A stretch of 39,274 nucleotides of DNA from Octopus bimaculoides (GCF_001194135.2 NC_068985.1:58824129-58863402); one strand, 5' to 3'; counted from the stretch's first letter, positions 24,765 through 36,339 are shown. Numbers and translations are program-made. Notes: generated by a model not told the origin, from the letters alone.

Positions 24765-24898
24765 TCTTTTCTGTCGAAGAGTGTAGGCTCGTAGCGTCAA
24801 ATACTTTTTCCATTCTTCCCGAGCGTCAAACTAATACACCTGCTTGTTGTTCTCTCACCTCTGACTTCGTGTTTTGTTTTCTGTAAATTTAAATTATA
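24765..24898 (+). mobile_element. Second copy of the short PLE-type terminal repeat (see 11960-12140)
   Basis: TCTTTTCTGTCGAAGAGTGTAGGCTCGTAGCGTCAAATAC...TTCCCGAGCGTCAAACTAATACACCTGCTTGTTGT. Confidence 0.55.
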
Positions 24899-26633
24899 TA
24901 TATGTGGTTGTGGGTAGTGGTTTCCTCAATGATAGTGATACTGGCCTCCTCAGCATCAGGTACCAAGAGATAAAACGTTTTGCTGAATGTAAAGTTTTGC
25001 TTCCTTAATAAATAGTAAGTAATATTGTTCACTGAAGGAGTACATTGGCCGCCAGGCCGGATCAAATATGTTGATAGGTGCTTAAAGCAGCGACACACAA
25101 TAAAGAAAATTAGATATTTATAAACCCAGACTTACCGTCATCACCCTCACCACCTCAGTGCCCAGGATGCCAGCTGCCGAATTTTTAATCTTGTTTCACT
25201 ATCACTATCTCTAGGATTCATCACTCATCATAGACAGAACAGATCTATTTCTAGACAACAATACTCTGCGCGGCACATTATGGAAGTTAGTAACATATGA
25301 AATCCCAGTGATAATGTCACATAGAAGATCCTTTCTATTAATCATCCCGGACTGGAAATATACAAAGCAAGGCAAAATTCACTGAGAATCGTATAGCTGG
25401 AAACCAAGAAAGCCAAAATAAAATATTCAGTATTTGTTTTACGATGTGCATTGCGTACACATATACTTTGTTTATACTTTTATTCATGTGCCTTCATGAT
25501 TTCTTAGCGCTATTTGGTTCCGTTAAGATAACGAAAACAATATTTTGGCTGCGTTTCAATGCCCAAAACGTATGAGCTTACATTCTCGGATGCAGAACGG
25601 AAAGAAAGAGCAGGTTCAGGAACGACAAAGATGAAAATACCGAATGAAGATGTCTAACGATGAAGAATACCCTGGCAGAGTATACGGCTGCAGTACGAGG
25701 ACACAGTGTCTGGCCATAACTATTTTTGAGGCTCCCCTTACCTAATCCATGAATACGAGAATATTATTTGTTCTGTACTACGGAATGCGTAACCATTACG
25801 CATAAAAACACACTCCTATATATTTACTGAGAGAGAGAGAGTGGGGAGAGAGTGAAGTATACAAACTGACATACAAAGTATTTCTTCATCAAATACGTAT
25901 ATATACCTACATATGCGCATAGATTTATCTATAAATTGTTTAAAAGTGCAGAAACAATATTTTATGTCTATGCAAATATTTTGTTTCGTTTTTTTTTTTA
26001 CTTGTTCGTGTATATTTACATGTATATGACTTATTTTAGGGATTTATTTCTCTAGAAAATATTCGTAAATATCTGCATTTAGAAATGCCGTAATATTATT
26101 ATATGAGTGTCCCGGATACTACAATTAAGTTAATAAAAAAGAAAATAAAACAATGCTTCACAAAAACATAGAAAAAACAAACATGAAAGAATAAAGCTGT
26201 GAATAACAAGCGTTTCCTTGGAAAGTAGAGGGGGCATAAACATGCAAGCAGACTTTTCAAATACTCCTCTTTATATAGATGGAAAATGCTACAATGCCAA
26301 AATAAATACATATGATAGAAAACAATAAAAAGCATTCCAAATCACGTTCAAAGTAAAAATGACAGAAGATAGTTTCATTAGATCTATCGAAAACAAATGT
26401 GAATATAATATCCTAGAATGCCGTTGATGCTATTATTATTATTATTACTATTAATTTTTATTTACGGTTTGATTTTCTTTTTTGTTATTGTCTCTTCGGT
26501 TTTGCCAACTGGGTGCTGACCCCTTCTGATAAACTAAGTAAGAAAAAAAATATCAAGCAACAAAAATACATATATTATTCTGGTCTTCATTATTTATTGT
26601 ACATAATCACTAATGCTTATTGCAGATTATTGT

Positions 26634-26765
26634 NNNNNNNNNNNNNNNNNNNNNNNNNNNNNNNNNNNNNNNNNNNNNNNNNNNNNNNNNNNNNNNNNNN
26701 NNNNNNNNNNNNNNNNNNNNNNNNNNNNNNNNNNNNNNNNNNNNNNNNNNNNNNNNNNNNNNNNN
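26634..26765. other. Assembly gap
   Basis: Ns. Confidence 1.
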
Positions 26766-26807
26766 GTGTGTCGTGTGTCGTGTGCGCGTATATGGATATG
26801 TATCGTT

Positions 26808-27005
26808 TTTCTTATACTTGTTTCAGTCATTAGACTGTGACCATACTAGAGCACAGCCTTGAAAAATTATACTTAGTCGAATAAATCGACTCCAGTACTT
26901 AGGTTTTTTTTTTTAAGCTTAGTGCTTAATCTATCTGTCTTATGCCGAACCGCCAGGTTGCGGAGACCAAACACACAAACACCGGTTGTCGAGCAGTGGT
27001 GGAGC
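26808..27005 (-). mobile_element. SINE family B-related 3' half, diverged
   Basis: CTTGTTTCAGTCATTAGACTG..CCATACTAGAGCAC..AGTCGAATAAATCGAC..GCCGAACCGC..ACCGGTTGTCGAGC matches the minus copy at 16695-16880. Confidence 0.7.
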
Positions 27006-27159
27006 TGAGAAACGTTACAAACTAATTAATGAACAAGCAAGCGAATTATGCTTTATAATGCTCGACATTTGTTTAGTACCAGTGTGTTCTCATGGACACA
27101 AAAGACGTATACACACTTCAGGAAAAAGAAATATGTAGGAATATTTTAATATTATATTC

Positions 27160-27373
27160 AGGACGGCGAGCTGGCGGAATCGTTGGCATACCGGATACAA
27201 TACTTGGGGGCATTTTGTACGTCTTTACGTTCTGAGTTCAGGTTTCACCAGTTCCACTTTTACCTATCATCCTTTTGAGGTCGATAAAATACGTACGTGA
27301 TGAGCACAGGGTTCGATGTCATCGACTTAACCACGGAATTGCTTACCTTGTACCAATATTTGAAACCAATATT
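27160..27373 (+). mobile_element. SINE family A, near full length
   Basis: GACGGCGAGCTGGCGGAATCGTTGGCA...TTCTGAGTTCA...GTCGATAAAATA...TTGAAACCAATATT. Confidence 0.85.
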
Positions 27374-28287
27374 AAAAGTATTCAGATATCACGGGTCTAA
27401 AGATCTTTACTTCTAACATTTTTGGCCTTTTTCAAGAAGTTTAGCTTTTTTTTAAAACAGGTATTTTTAAAATGTTGATTGAAATTTTTCAAAAATCTTA
27501 CCCAATGCATACACATTGTGGAAATGATATTTTTTTTCAAAAACACAGCGCACCGCCACACTAAGGCAGAGGAGTGCAAACATTTGCAAGGGTAATAGGT
27601 GGGACGCGGAGGTGCAGTTATATTTGGAGTAGTCTCCCGTGTTAACACCAGCAAACTCTTACTAATGGAGCACTCTACTGGATGACATGTCCCGCAGAAA
27701 GCCAATGACACTGACAGCGCTTCGGCATGTACAGCCGAATACTCAAATAATAGTGGGCACGCTGGCCAAAGTTGCGCAAGCAGCAGCTCACCGTACTAAT
27801 AAGTGTCTGGAAATTAATGCATACCATCTTGAGCACCTCTGGGAAATGTAGAGGTTAAAGATAACTAGTATTCATTCTGTGACGTCTGAATAAATTCAGT
27901 GTTAAAATATTTCAACCCGTTTTTCTTTTGTTGAAGTGTGTATGCATACTTTTGGGTGAACTGTGCGCGGTATTTGTGCATGATATCTGTGTATGTGGAT
28001 GTGGATGTACTCCACCTATATAGCTGTGCACACATTTCAATGCCGTGCATGACATAAGGTCTGCAAATCTAACAGAGGCCTCAAAGATATTTTAAGATCC
28101 CGAAAGATCAAAACTTCACTACAGCCCTTGGTGGTCCAAATCAGATATACAGTCTATGTATGTGTTTTTCAATACATTGTCCGGGTTAAAAAAAAAACCA
28201 ACGGCAGGCGCGATGATGGATCTAATGTGTAAGTAAATGAGGTGTTCATACACCGCAAAAGGAGTAGACAGCCACCACCATGTATAC

Positions 28288-28412
<125 letters not shown>

Positions 28413-28499
28413 TATCGTTAATAAAACATATATCACAAAAGAAGCCTAACACTAAATAATAGAGCAGTCATTATTAAAATACAAAGGTAAATTCTGGTC

Positions 28500-29720
28500 A
28501 TAGAGTTACCAAACTTCTCGTATCCATGAAAGCCACGGCCTTGTGGACAGCTCGTCAGACTCTATACAACGGCAAAAAATTAAACTGTCTACCACGTGGA
28601 CGTGAGGAAACGCTCAGATATCGAGATTTAACGGCTAACGTATAAAAACGTTAAGAAGGACGTGTTATCTCCCCTAGACCAGAAAATATAAACCCTTACA
28701 GACCAGAAATAGCCTAACCAGCAAACGGGAAGATCCAATTTTCCAGTAGGTAGCGCTTGAAATGTACACATTTAGAGAAAACTGTTTTACCACTGTTTAA
28801 CACGCCAGGTTTAGCATAGTCCTTAAGAACTTTGGATCTCTCTGTGATGCACATTTTGCAACAGCCACTCCCATTACTATATGGGGTCTCTTGATTTTTG
28901 TGGTACCACACATGGCTGACCTGGGACGTGGCAAAACGTCTTTCTGGGACTCTAAATGATGATTGGTGATTGCGGAAGCGACGTTTGAAGGATGTAGTGG
29001 CACTCTGATATATCTACAACTTTGGGATGTGGCTATATTCGCACTCCTTGGATAACTCTGGTAGGCTCTGGACCTGAGAGTGCTGTTAGTAACACTGCCG
29101 CTGATGTCGATATGACGCAATGACCTGGTCTCGTTATCGCCGTAAATATTGTTTCAGGTCATATGATTGGCGATGTAGCTGCCGCTGTTAGTGTGGTCTT
29201 ACATTGTTCATCATCTGTAAGTGTGGCGGTTGTATTGGTGGTAACATATGGTGTGGGGCCGGTCACTCAACGTCGATGTTCAGCATTTGTGGTGATGGTA
29301 CAGGGGTTGTCGGTTACCTCCTCTGTGTCGCTGGCCCCGCATTGGTCATCATTTCTCGCTGTGGTGGTTGTACTAGCGTGAGACCTGGTTAATCTGCTAT
29401 TATTGCTGTTGGATGGTATGTTGCCCGGAATGCAGATACCAGGTCTAGGTATCGACCTCCTTCTTAAAGAGCTGGCATGTTAGATAGTCGTAAAGAAATT
29501 TTCTCTAAATGTGTACATTTCAAGCGCTACCTATTGGAAAATTGGATCTTCTTATTTGCTGGTTAGGCTATTTAGGGTCTGAAAATGTTTTTTTTTAATC
29601 TTCTGGTCCAAGGGAGATAACCTCTTCTCGTTAACGTTTTTATACGTTAGCTGTTAAATCTTGATATCTAAGGGTTTCCTCACGTCCACGTGATAGAAGT
29701 TTATTTTTTTCAGTTCTATA
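28500..29720 (-). mobile_element. PLE 3' fragment (GIY-YIG C-terminal region) with about 220-bp inverted arms (28563-28781 / 29499-29720)
   Basis: Minus strand: YI(R)V/ATTSFKRRFRNHQSSF (YIG position 29012-29004, 1-nt frameshift)..SHVWYHK..CCKMCITERSKVL..LNSGKTVFSKCVHFKRYLLENW, stop at 28714. This fits the PLE pattern YIG.T...FK.R..NH..SF...C.LC..EK..I...LN.R.E..SKC.H. The last codons and 3' UTR recur inverted at 29499-29720. Confidence 0.8.
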
Positions 29721-29890
29721 TTCAAGAGATGAGGAATTATGTACAATATTTACATTATTTACAATTGATGGATATTTGTCCTCATCTTTGTTGTTAACAC
29801 AATGTTTTGGCTGATATACCCTCCAACCGTCATCAGGTGTCTTGGGGAAATTTCGAACCTGGCTTCTCATTCCTAAGGTATTTTTCGATG
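29721..29890 (-). mobile_element. Second PLE-type terminal segment carrying a minimal hammerhead-like motif
   Basis: Minus strand GACAC-CTGATGA-C-GGTTG-GAGGGTATAT-CAGCC-AAAAC-AT-T-GTGTT; stems I and II pair. Confidence 0.6.
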
Positions 29891-30037
29891 TTATTGTATT
29901 TATTATTTTTATTATTAGCTAAAAGGATTTTCAAAATTGTACATCTCAGAGAAACATGTAAGACAGCTCGTATTAGAAATTATTATGGCGGAATAAAATC
30001 GTGTTGTCTTTTTCTTTGATAATAAGACTGAATTTTG

Positions 30038-30237
30038 ATAATAAGGCCTGAATTTTGAGGGAGGGGTATAGTCGATTACATTAATCACCGTACTCAATTG
30101 CTACTCAATTTATCGACCCCGAAACGATGATATGTTAAGTCGTCGTCGGCGTAATTTGAACTCAGAAGATAACGACGAGCGAAATACCGCTAAGCATTTT
30201 ATCCAGCTTGCTAATGATTCTGCCAGCATGCCGCCTT
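30038..30237 (-). mobile_element. SINE family A variant
   Basis: Minus strand AAGGCGGCATGCTGGCAGAATCATTAGCA...TCTGAGTTCAAATT...GGGGTCGATAAATT...CCCTCCCTCAAAATTCAGGCCTT. Confidence 0.8.
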
Positions 30238-30249
30238 CTAGGATGATAG

Positions 30250-30418
30250 TAATAATCTTTTCTACTCTAGGCACAAGACCCGACATTTTGGGGGAGGAGG
30301 ACAGTCGATTATATCAACGCCAGTACGCAACTGGTACTTAATTTATCGACCCCGAAAGGATGAAAGGCAAAGTCGATCTCGGCGGAATTTGAACTCAGAA
30401 AGTAAAAATAGGCGAAAT
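30250..30418 (-). mobile_element. SINE family A variant, 5'-truncated tandem copy
   Basis: TCTGAGTTCAAATTCCGCCGAGATCGACTTTGCCTTTCATCCTTTCGGGGTCGATAAATTAAGTACCAG on the minus strand. Confidence 0.85.
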
Positions 30419-30948
30419 ATAGTATGATATTAATAATGGGACACGTTTTATTTGTAATTTACAAGTTTTAAGTTTTAAGCCCATTTTAATATATAGTGTT
30501 GCTCGGGACAACTTCTTATGGAAACCCATCGGCCGCAGTTCTCTGGGCGCCTCAATTATCAATTGCATATTTATTGCCCGTCCGGATAACTGGACCTAAA
30601 AATGCACTATTTCACGAACGATTTGTATGTTATTGCGCTGGAGATTGGATAAGATTTTTGCTATTATTTATTCACCATTACATGCGTTTCGTTTGCAAAA
30701 AGGAGTTACAAAATTATACATATTGGAGAAACATGTAACACATCTCGTATTAGAAATTCTTCAGACGGAATAAAATCGCATTTTCTTATAATTTCATAAT
30801 AATAATATTACTTGTTTCTCTGTCTTATGATTTTCTAATGGAGATACCGTATGTGTTTCTCCTTCATGTAATTTTGTAACTGTTGTAAGTAAATGTAACT
30901 GGGAAAGTGAAGATTAAATAATACAAACGTTTTTTTTCCAATCTACTC

Positions 30949-30951
<3 letters not shown>

Positions 30952-30994
<43 letters not shown>

Positions 30995-31010
30995 NNNNNN
31001 NNNNATATAG

Positions 31011-31068
<58 letters not shown>
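30952..31068. repeat. (TA)n/(GATA)n with a 10-N gap (30995-31004)
   Basis: Direct reading. Confidence 0.95.
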
Positions 31069-31749
31069 GGGAGAAAGTTCCATTTTCCAGGACAGCGGAG
31101 GAGGAGCTTAAAATCATGGCTAGTACTAAGAGGTATAATTTATAAACAAAGGTCTAAGGTGTCTTTGTCATATTCTGGATTTCATTTTATTATTATGACA
31201 AACTACATTAACTAGACCGATAATGAGTAATATTTCAGCCATGAATAACTGAAGAACGATTTTCATTTGTTTTTTAAAGACAGGATGTAATTTATAGAGT
31301 AATTCACGGCTTTTATTGTAGTTAACTACATAAACATCCCAAAGGTAAATAGACAGCCTTCATTATACAGTGTTATTTACGTGTACACTGTTTACTAGTA
31401 CAATTCCCAAACGAGTAAAATCGTTTGAAAACTGCACAGGTTATGACAACTATATAATAGATAAAATATTTAAAAGAATCAAATGACATTTTTATTTATC
31501 CTAGAAATAAATCTTCCAAAAATGATGGCGACTGTTTACATTTGAGATGTTCGTGTCGTCTATATAGGGCTTATCTCGGTAGCTCTCTTGAATTTGTTTT
31601 TAAACTTTGATCCATGATTTCACATTGAGCTCTGCAATTTTTTAAATGAGGCAAAGAATAAATGAAAACACAAATTTCAAACAGTATTTCCAATCATATC
31701 AGTTAAGTTATTGCCGTTGATTTAGATACTATTGGCGAGTAAGGAACGG

Positions 31750-32623
31750 NNNNNNNNNNNNNNNNNNNNNNNNNNNNNNNNNNNNNNNNNNNNNNNNNNN
31801 NNNNNNNNNNNNNNNNNNNNNNNNNNNNNNNNNNNNNNNNNNNNNNNNNNNNNNNNNNNNNNNNNNNNNNNNNNNNNNNNNNNNNNNNNNNNNNNNNNNN
31901 NNNNNNNNNNNNNNNNNNNNNNNNNNNNNNNNNNNNNNNNNNNNNNNNNNNNNNNNNNNNNNNNNNNNNNNNNNNNNNNNNNNNNNNNNNNNNNNNNNNN
32001 NNNNNNNNNNNNNNNNNNNNNNNNNNNNNNNNNNNNNNNNNNNNNNNNNNNNNNNNNNNNNNNNNNNNNNNNNNNNNNNNNNNNNNNNNNNNNNNNNNNN
32101 NNNNNNNNNNNNNNNNNNNNNNNNNNNNNNNNNNNNNNNNNNNNNNNNNNNNNNNNNNNNNNNNNNNNNNNNNNNNNNNNNNNNNNNNNNNNNNNNNNNN
32201 NNNNNNNNNNNNNNNNNNNNNNNNNNNNNNNNNNNNNNNNNNNNNNNNNNNNNNNNNNNNNNNNNNNNNNNNNNNNNNNNNNNNNNNNNNNNNNNNNNNN
32301 NNNNNNNNNNNNNNNNNNNNNNNNNNNNNNNNNNNNNNNNNNNNNNNNNNNNNNNNNNNNNNNNNNNNNNNNNNNNNNNNNNNNNNNNNNNNNNNNNNNN
32401 NNNNNNNNNNNNNNNNNNNNNNNNNNNNNNNNNNNNNNNNNNNNNNNNNNNNNNNNNNNNNNNNNNNNNNNNNNNNNNNNNNNNNNNNNNNNNNNNNNNN
32501 NNNNNNNNNNNNNNNNNNNNNNNNNNNNNNNNNNNNNNNNNNNNNNNNNNNNNNNNNNNNNNNNNNNNNNNNNNNNNNNNNNNNNNNNNNNNNNNNNNNN
32601 NNNNNNNNNNNNNNNNNNNNNNN
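31750..32623. other. Assembly gap
   Basis: Ns. Confidence 1.
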
Positions 32624-32829
32624 ACTTCCAATATCCATCCTTTTCCAGAATAACTCCTTATATTGAACTCTACTATTTCCCTCTAGTTAACTCTCTCATA
32701 CCGTCTCTAATGAAGGGATATCTCTAATATCTCAGAAACAGCTGTAAGTCTACGTTCCTCTTTGTAAATGACCTATAAATTCCACACAGTCTTGGCTTTG
32801 TTGTCTCATTTTACTTAACATATATATGA

Positions 32830-32874
<45 letters not shown>

Positions 32875-33371
32875 CGTGTGTGCACGTGTGTGTGTGTATA
32901 CATTTTTATGCATGCATTGATATAGCTACAGATATATATTATGATGGATATATAGATAACTATAGATACATAAGTGCATACACACGCTAGAATATATACA
33001 TATATGATTTAATTACAATTAAATGTATCGGATATATCTTTTAGGCAGCCTAGCGGCTCCTTTGTTTTTAGACACATTAACACACGTACGCGCAAAAATA
33101 CAAATTTGCATAAACGCACATTTCTGAATATACTAAGTTTCCCAATGATATATCAACAAATAGGGATGTAGTTACTTTTTCCTTTTTCTATCAAGTTCTG
33201 ACCCTGACGAAATGTTCAATTAACTCTATTCAATATGAATCTTTAATTTATTTTTTCTACATCTACAAGTTTTATTCTTTTATTCTCTCTCTTATTCCTT
33301 TCTGTTGAAGAACGAAGGCTGGAAACGTAAAGGACTTCCTGTATCGTCAATCGCTAATGCATACGTACACA

Positions 33372-33862
33372 NNNNNNNNNNNNNNNNNNNNNNNNNNNNN
33401 NNNNNNNNNNNNNNNNNNNNNNNNNNNNNNNNNNNNNNNNNNNNNNNNNNNNNNNNNNNNNNNNNNNNNNNNNNNNNNNNNNNNNNNNNNNNNNNNNNNN
33501 NNNNNNNNNNNNNNNNNNNNNNNNNNNNNNNNNNNNNNNNNNNNNNNNNNNNNNNNNNNNNNNNNNNNNNNNNNNNNNNNNNNNNNNNNNNNNNNNNNNN
33601 NNNNNNNNNNNNNNNNNNNNNNNNNNNNNNNNNNNNNNNNNNNNNNNNNNNNNNNNNNNNNNNNNNNNNNNNNNNNNNNNNNNNNNNNNNNNNNNNNNNN
33701 NNNNNNNNNNNNNNNNNNNNNNNNNNNNNNNNNNNNNNNNNNNNNNNNNNNNNNNNNNNNNNNNNNNNNNNNNNNNNNNNNNNNNNNNNNNNNNNNNNNN
33801 NNNNNNNNNNNNNNNNNNNNNNNNNNNNNNNNNNNNNNNNNNNNNNNNNNNNNNNNNNNNNN
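33372..33862. other. Assembly gap
   Basis: Ns. Confidence 1.
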
Positions 33863-33965
33863 ATATATATATATATATATATATATATATACTTATACAT
33901 ACATTATATACACATTATATATATATATGCATACACATATACATATCTATCTATGTGTGTTTGTA

Positions 33966-35214
33966 CAGAATGTGGCAAAGAGGTCGGTAGTTTTTGAAAA
34001 ATCTTCAAAATCATTAATTTTAGCTGCAAACAAATTTTATTGACTTCAATGTTTTCGTATTGAATTAACATTTGTCAAAATCAAGTATGGAAGATAACAC
34101 CCATCATATGTTGTCCGTTTTCATTGATGCATTTCTGAAGGCGTTCTAGGGAGTTGGCCTCCATTCTCTCCAGCAATAATCTGTCGATTTGGGTGACTTC
34201 CAAGCGAAACGCTTCCTTCAAATCGTCCAATGTACGGGGATTATGCGCATACACACGTACCTTGAGGTTTCCCCTCGAGAAATAATCACACATAGACAAA
34301 TCAGAGGATCGATGGAGCCAAGCAATATCAGCAAACCTGAAATTGAGGCGATCACCGAAGGGAAGGCGAGGAACGTCCATTGTTGCTCTATCTGTGTGGG
34401 CGGGCCGTCGTCCTATCCTGCTGAAACTAAATCGAATAGGCATATGTTTTCGTCGTAATTCAGCATAACATAGTTGTTTACCATCTCGACGAGACACTCA
34501 GTTCACAGTTCCTGCATTTCCATTATTCTCTTCCAAAAATAAGGATAAATGACGGCTACTTTTCCAACAGCACACCAGACGGTCACTTATGGGTTGTGCT
34601 GTGGTCTTTCGTGCAGTTCTCTCAGATTTTCAAGAGCCAAATAACGACAGCTCTGCATGCCATTGAGATGAAAATCACTTTCATCACTCATCAACAAAAT
34701 GAGGTTGTCATTTGCCTAAAAAATTGCTTCCATCTAACGTGTGAAGTTACGCAACGGTGCAGGTGCTCATGCAAAATATGCCTTACCGATCGATTAACGA
34801 TACTAATTTCAGTGGAATGCCTCTGAGCAGAGTGATTCGGACTCCGTATCAAAGCTTGTCTGAAGCGTTCCATATTTTCCATTCCATATATCGTTTTTAG
34901 CGCCCCTACCGATGTCTTATTTATCTATTAGTGTACATCGTAAGATTGTGTTACCGGTAGGAACAGCCTGATTTCGGTGATTGCTGAAGTGGCGCCAAAA
35001 CTCACGCTGGATTGCTGTAACAGATTCGTTATTCTTCACGTAACTATCGTAGGCAAACACACGATGCTCTATCATTCACAGCGCAATGGCTTCACCCGAA
35101 AAGAAAAAGTGCTAAGACACCACGGACCGAATGATACCCGTCGGACATATGTCCCTCGCCTTAGAGCTGAGTAAAAGCCATTTGAAAAATGTCCATCCTC
35201 TCTTCCTCACCCTA
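33966..35214 (-). mobile_element. Tc1/mariner-superfamily DNA transposon, DD41D type, near full length, degraded (transposase about 35087..34081)
   Basis: EHRVFAYDSYVKNNESVTAIQREF..VPTGNTILR; ENMERFRQALIRSP; LMSDESDFHLNG; VTVWCAV; QQD..AHT; W..RSSDLSMCDYF..LKVRVY..PRTLDDLKEA..RL..CI..NGQH. Ends: TA|CAGAATGTGGCAAAGAGGTCGG (33964) and reverse complement TA|TAGGGTGAGGAAGAGAGGATGG (35216) are degenerate TIRs with TA on both sides. Confidence 0.88.
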
Positions 35215-35428
35215 TAGATATATAAATGTATATATAATTGTTACAATAAGGTAATACAAACATGCCGTGTTCATAGACTTGCTATGATAATAAATATTTC
35301 AATTTAGTATTTTAAATATATAAAATAACCTAGCTATATGTGTGTCATAATGAGCATATGTATGCACAATTGAAAGGCATGACGCTGTGGAATTGTTTTT
35401 CTATCATATATATATATATATATATATA

Positions 35429-35790
35429 GACAATGAGGAACAAGACATTTAAGACTGGTCAAACTCTTAGCATTAAAAAAATCACTTCACCTGCGCTTCG
35501 AAGAACATAATCTATGTTCTAAAATGTGGAGGATGTAATGGAGACTACACAGGTCAAACTAGTTTGACCTTGAGGGACTGACTAACGGTACATAGGCAAA
35601 AAGTCCAGGACCCCACGACCAGGAAAATTCCCGTAAGCAAACAAACACCTACCCCAATGCCCCGCAAACATAAACACGAAATACCAAATCTTCCCTCCCT
35701 ATCAATGCACTGGAAACACCTTAACCCAATTCTTTTAATAAGGGGAGCATACTCATTGAAAAATATAAACCACAGCTGTATGTCCTTTAG
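35429..35790 (+). mobile_element. PLE GIY-YIG endonuclease fragment, degraded
   Basis: TFKTGQTLSIK/FTCASKNIIYVLKCGGCNGDYTGQTSLTLRD*LTVHRQKVQDP...YQIFPPYQC...AY/IEKYKPQL. This is the PLE IYxxxCxxC..YIG.T...R...H pattern. The A/C-rich 35790-36300 may be its downstream region. Confidence 0.85.
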
Positions 35791-36339
35791 AAAGAAGAAA
35801 AAACACAAGAGATAAAAAGGAAAAAGACGTAATTTCTCCACAAAAAAAAACAGACGTAATTAGAAAAAAAAACTTTAGTAACAGTCTTCCCCGCGAATTT
35901 CAAAACTGCCACTCCAAATCACCATACCGTACAAACATCATCTGCTAACGTTACCTAACTGTGGACCAATGAAATTTTGAAAATACCAGTTGCTGGCGTC
36001 ACCTACTCTAGAACAATGAAATTTTACCTCCGATCAAAACCGAACTTCAGCAAATACAATAAAATGATCCTTTAAGAGAATCAACCAACTGGAATGGCTG
36101 ATGACCGTTCCCCACAGGGAAGCCAACCAGGCAGAACGACACACTTGACCACCAGAAAAATAAGACGTCAACAGCACTTTAACGAATCAAAAATCAGATC
36201 CGTTCACGGAAAAAATTATAAGTACACCGGAATTCAATAAAGACGCCGTTACAAGCGAAAGTCCCTGCACACGACCAAAAAAGAATCACGGAAACTGTAA
36301 ACAAAATTCATTTTTTTACTATCTCGACTGGACAGAATG

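Noticed and set aside
35551-35570. Perfect 20-bp palindrome AGGTCA-aactagtt-TGACCT (nuclear-receptor IR8-like)
   Set aside because: It lies inside the PLE GIY-YIG coding remnant (codons for GQTSLT), so it is most simply incidental. There is no evidence of regulatory use.
36098-36125. CTGATGA...GGGAAG downstream of the GIY-YIG fragment
   Set aside because: There is no GAAA core, no NUH, and no stem I pairing.
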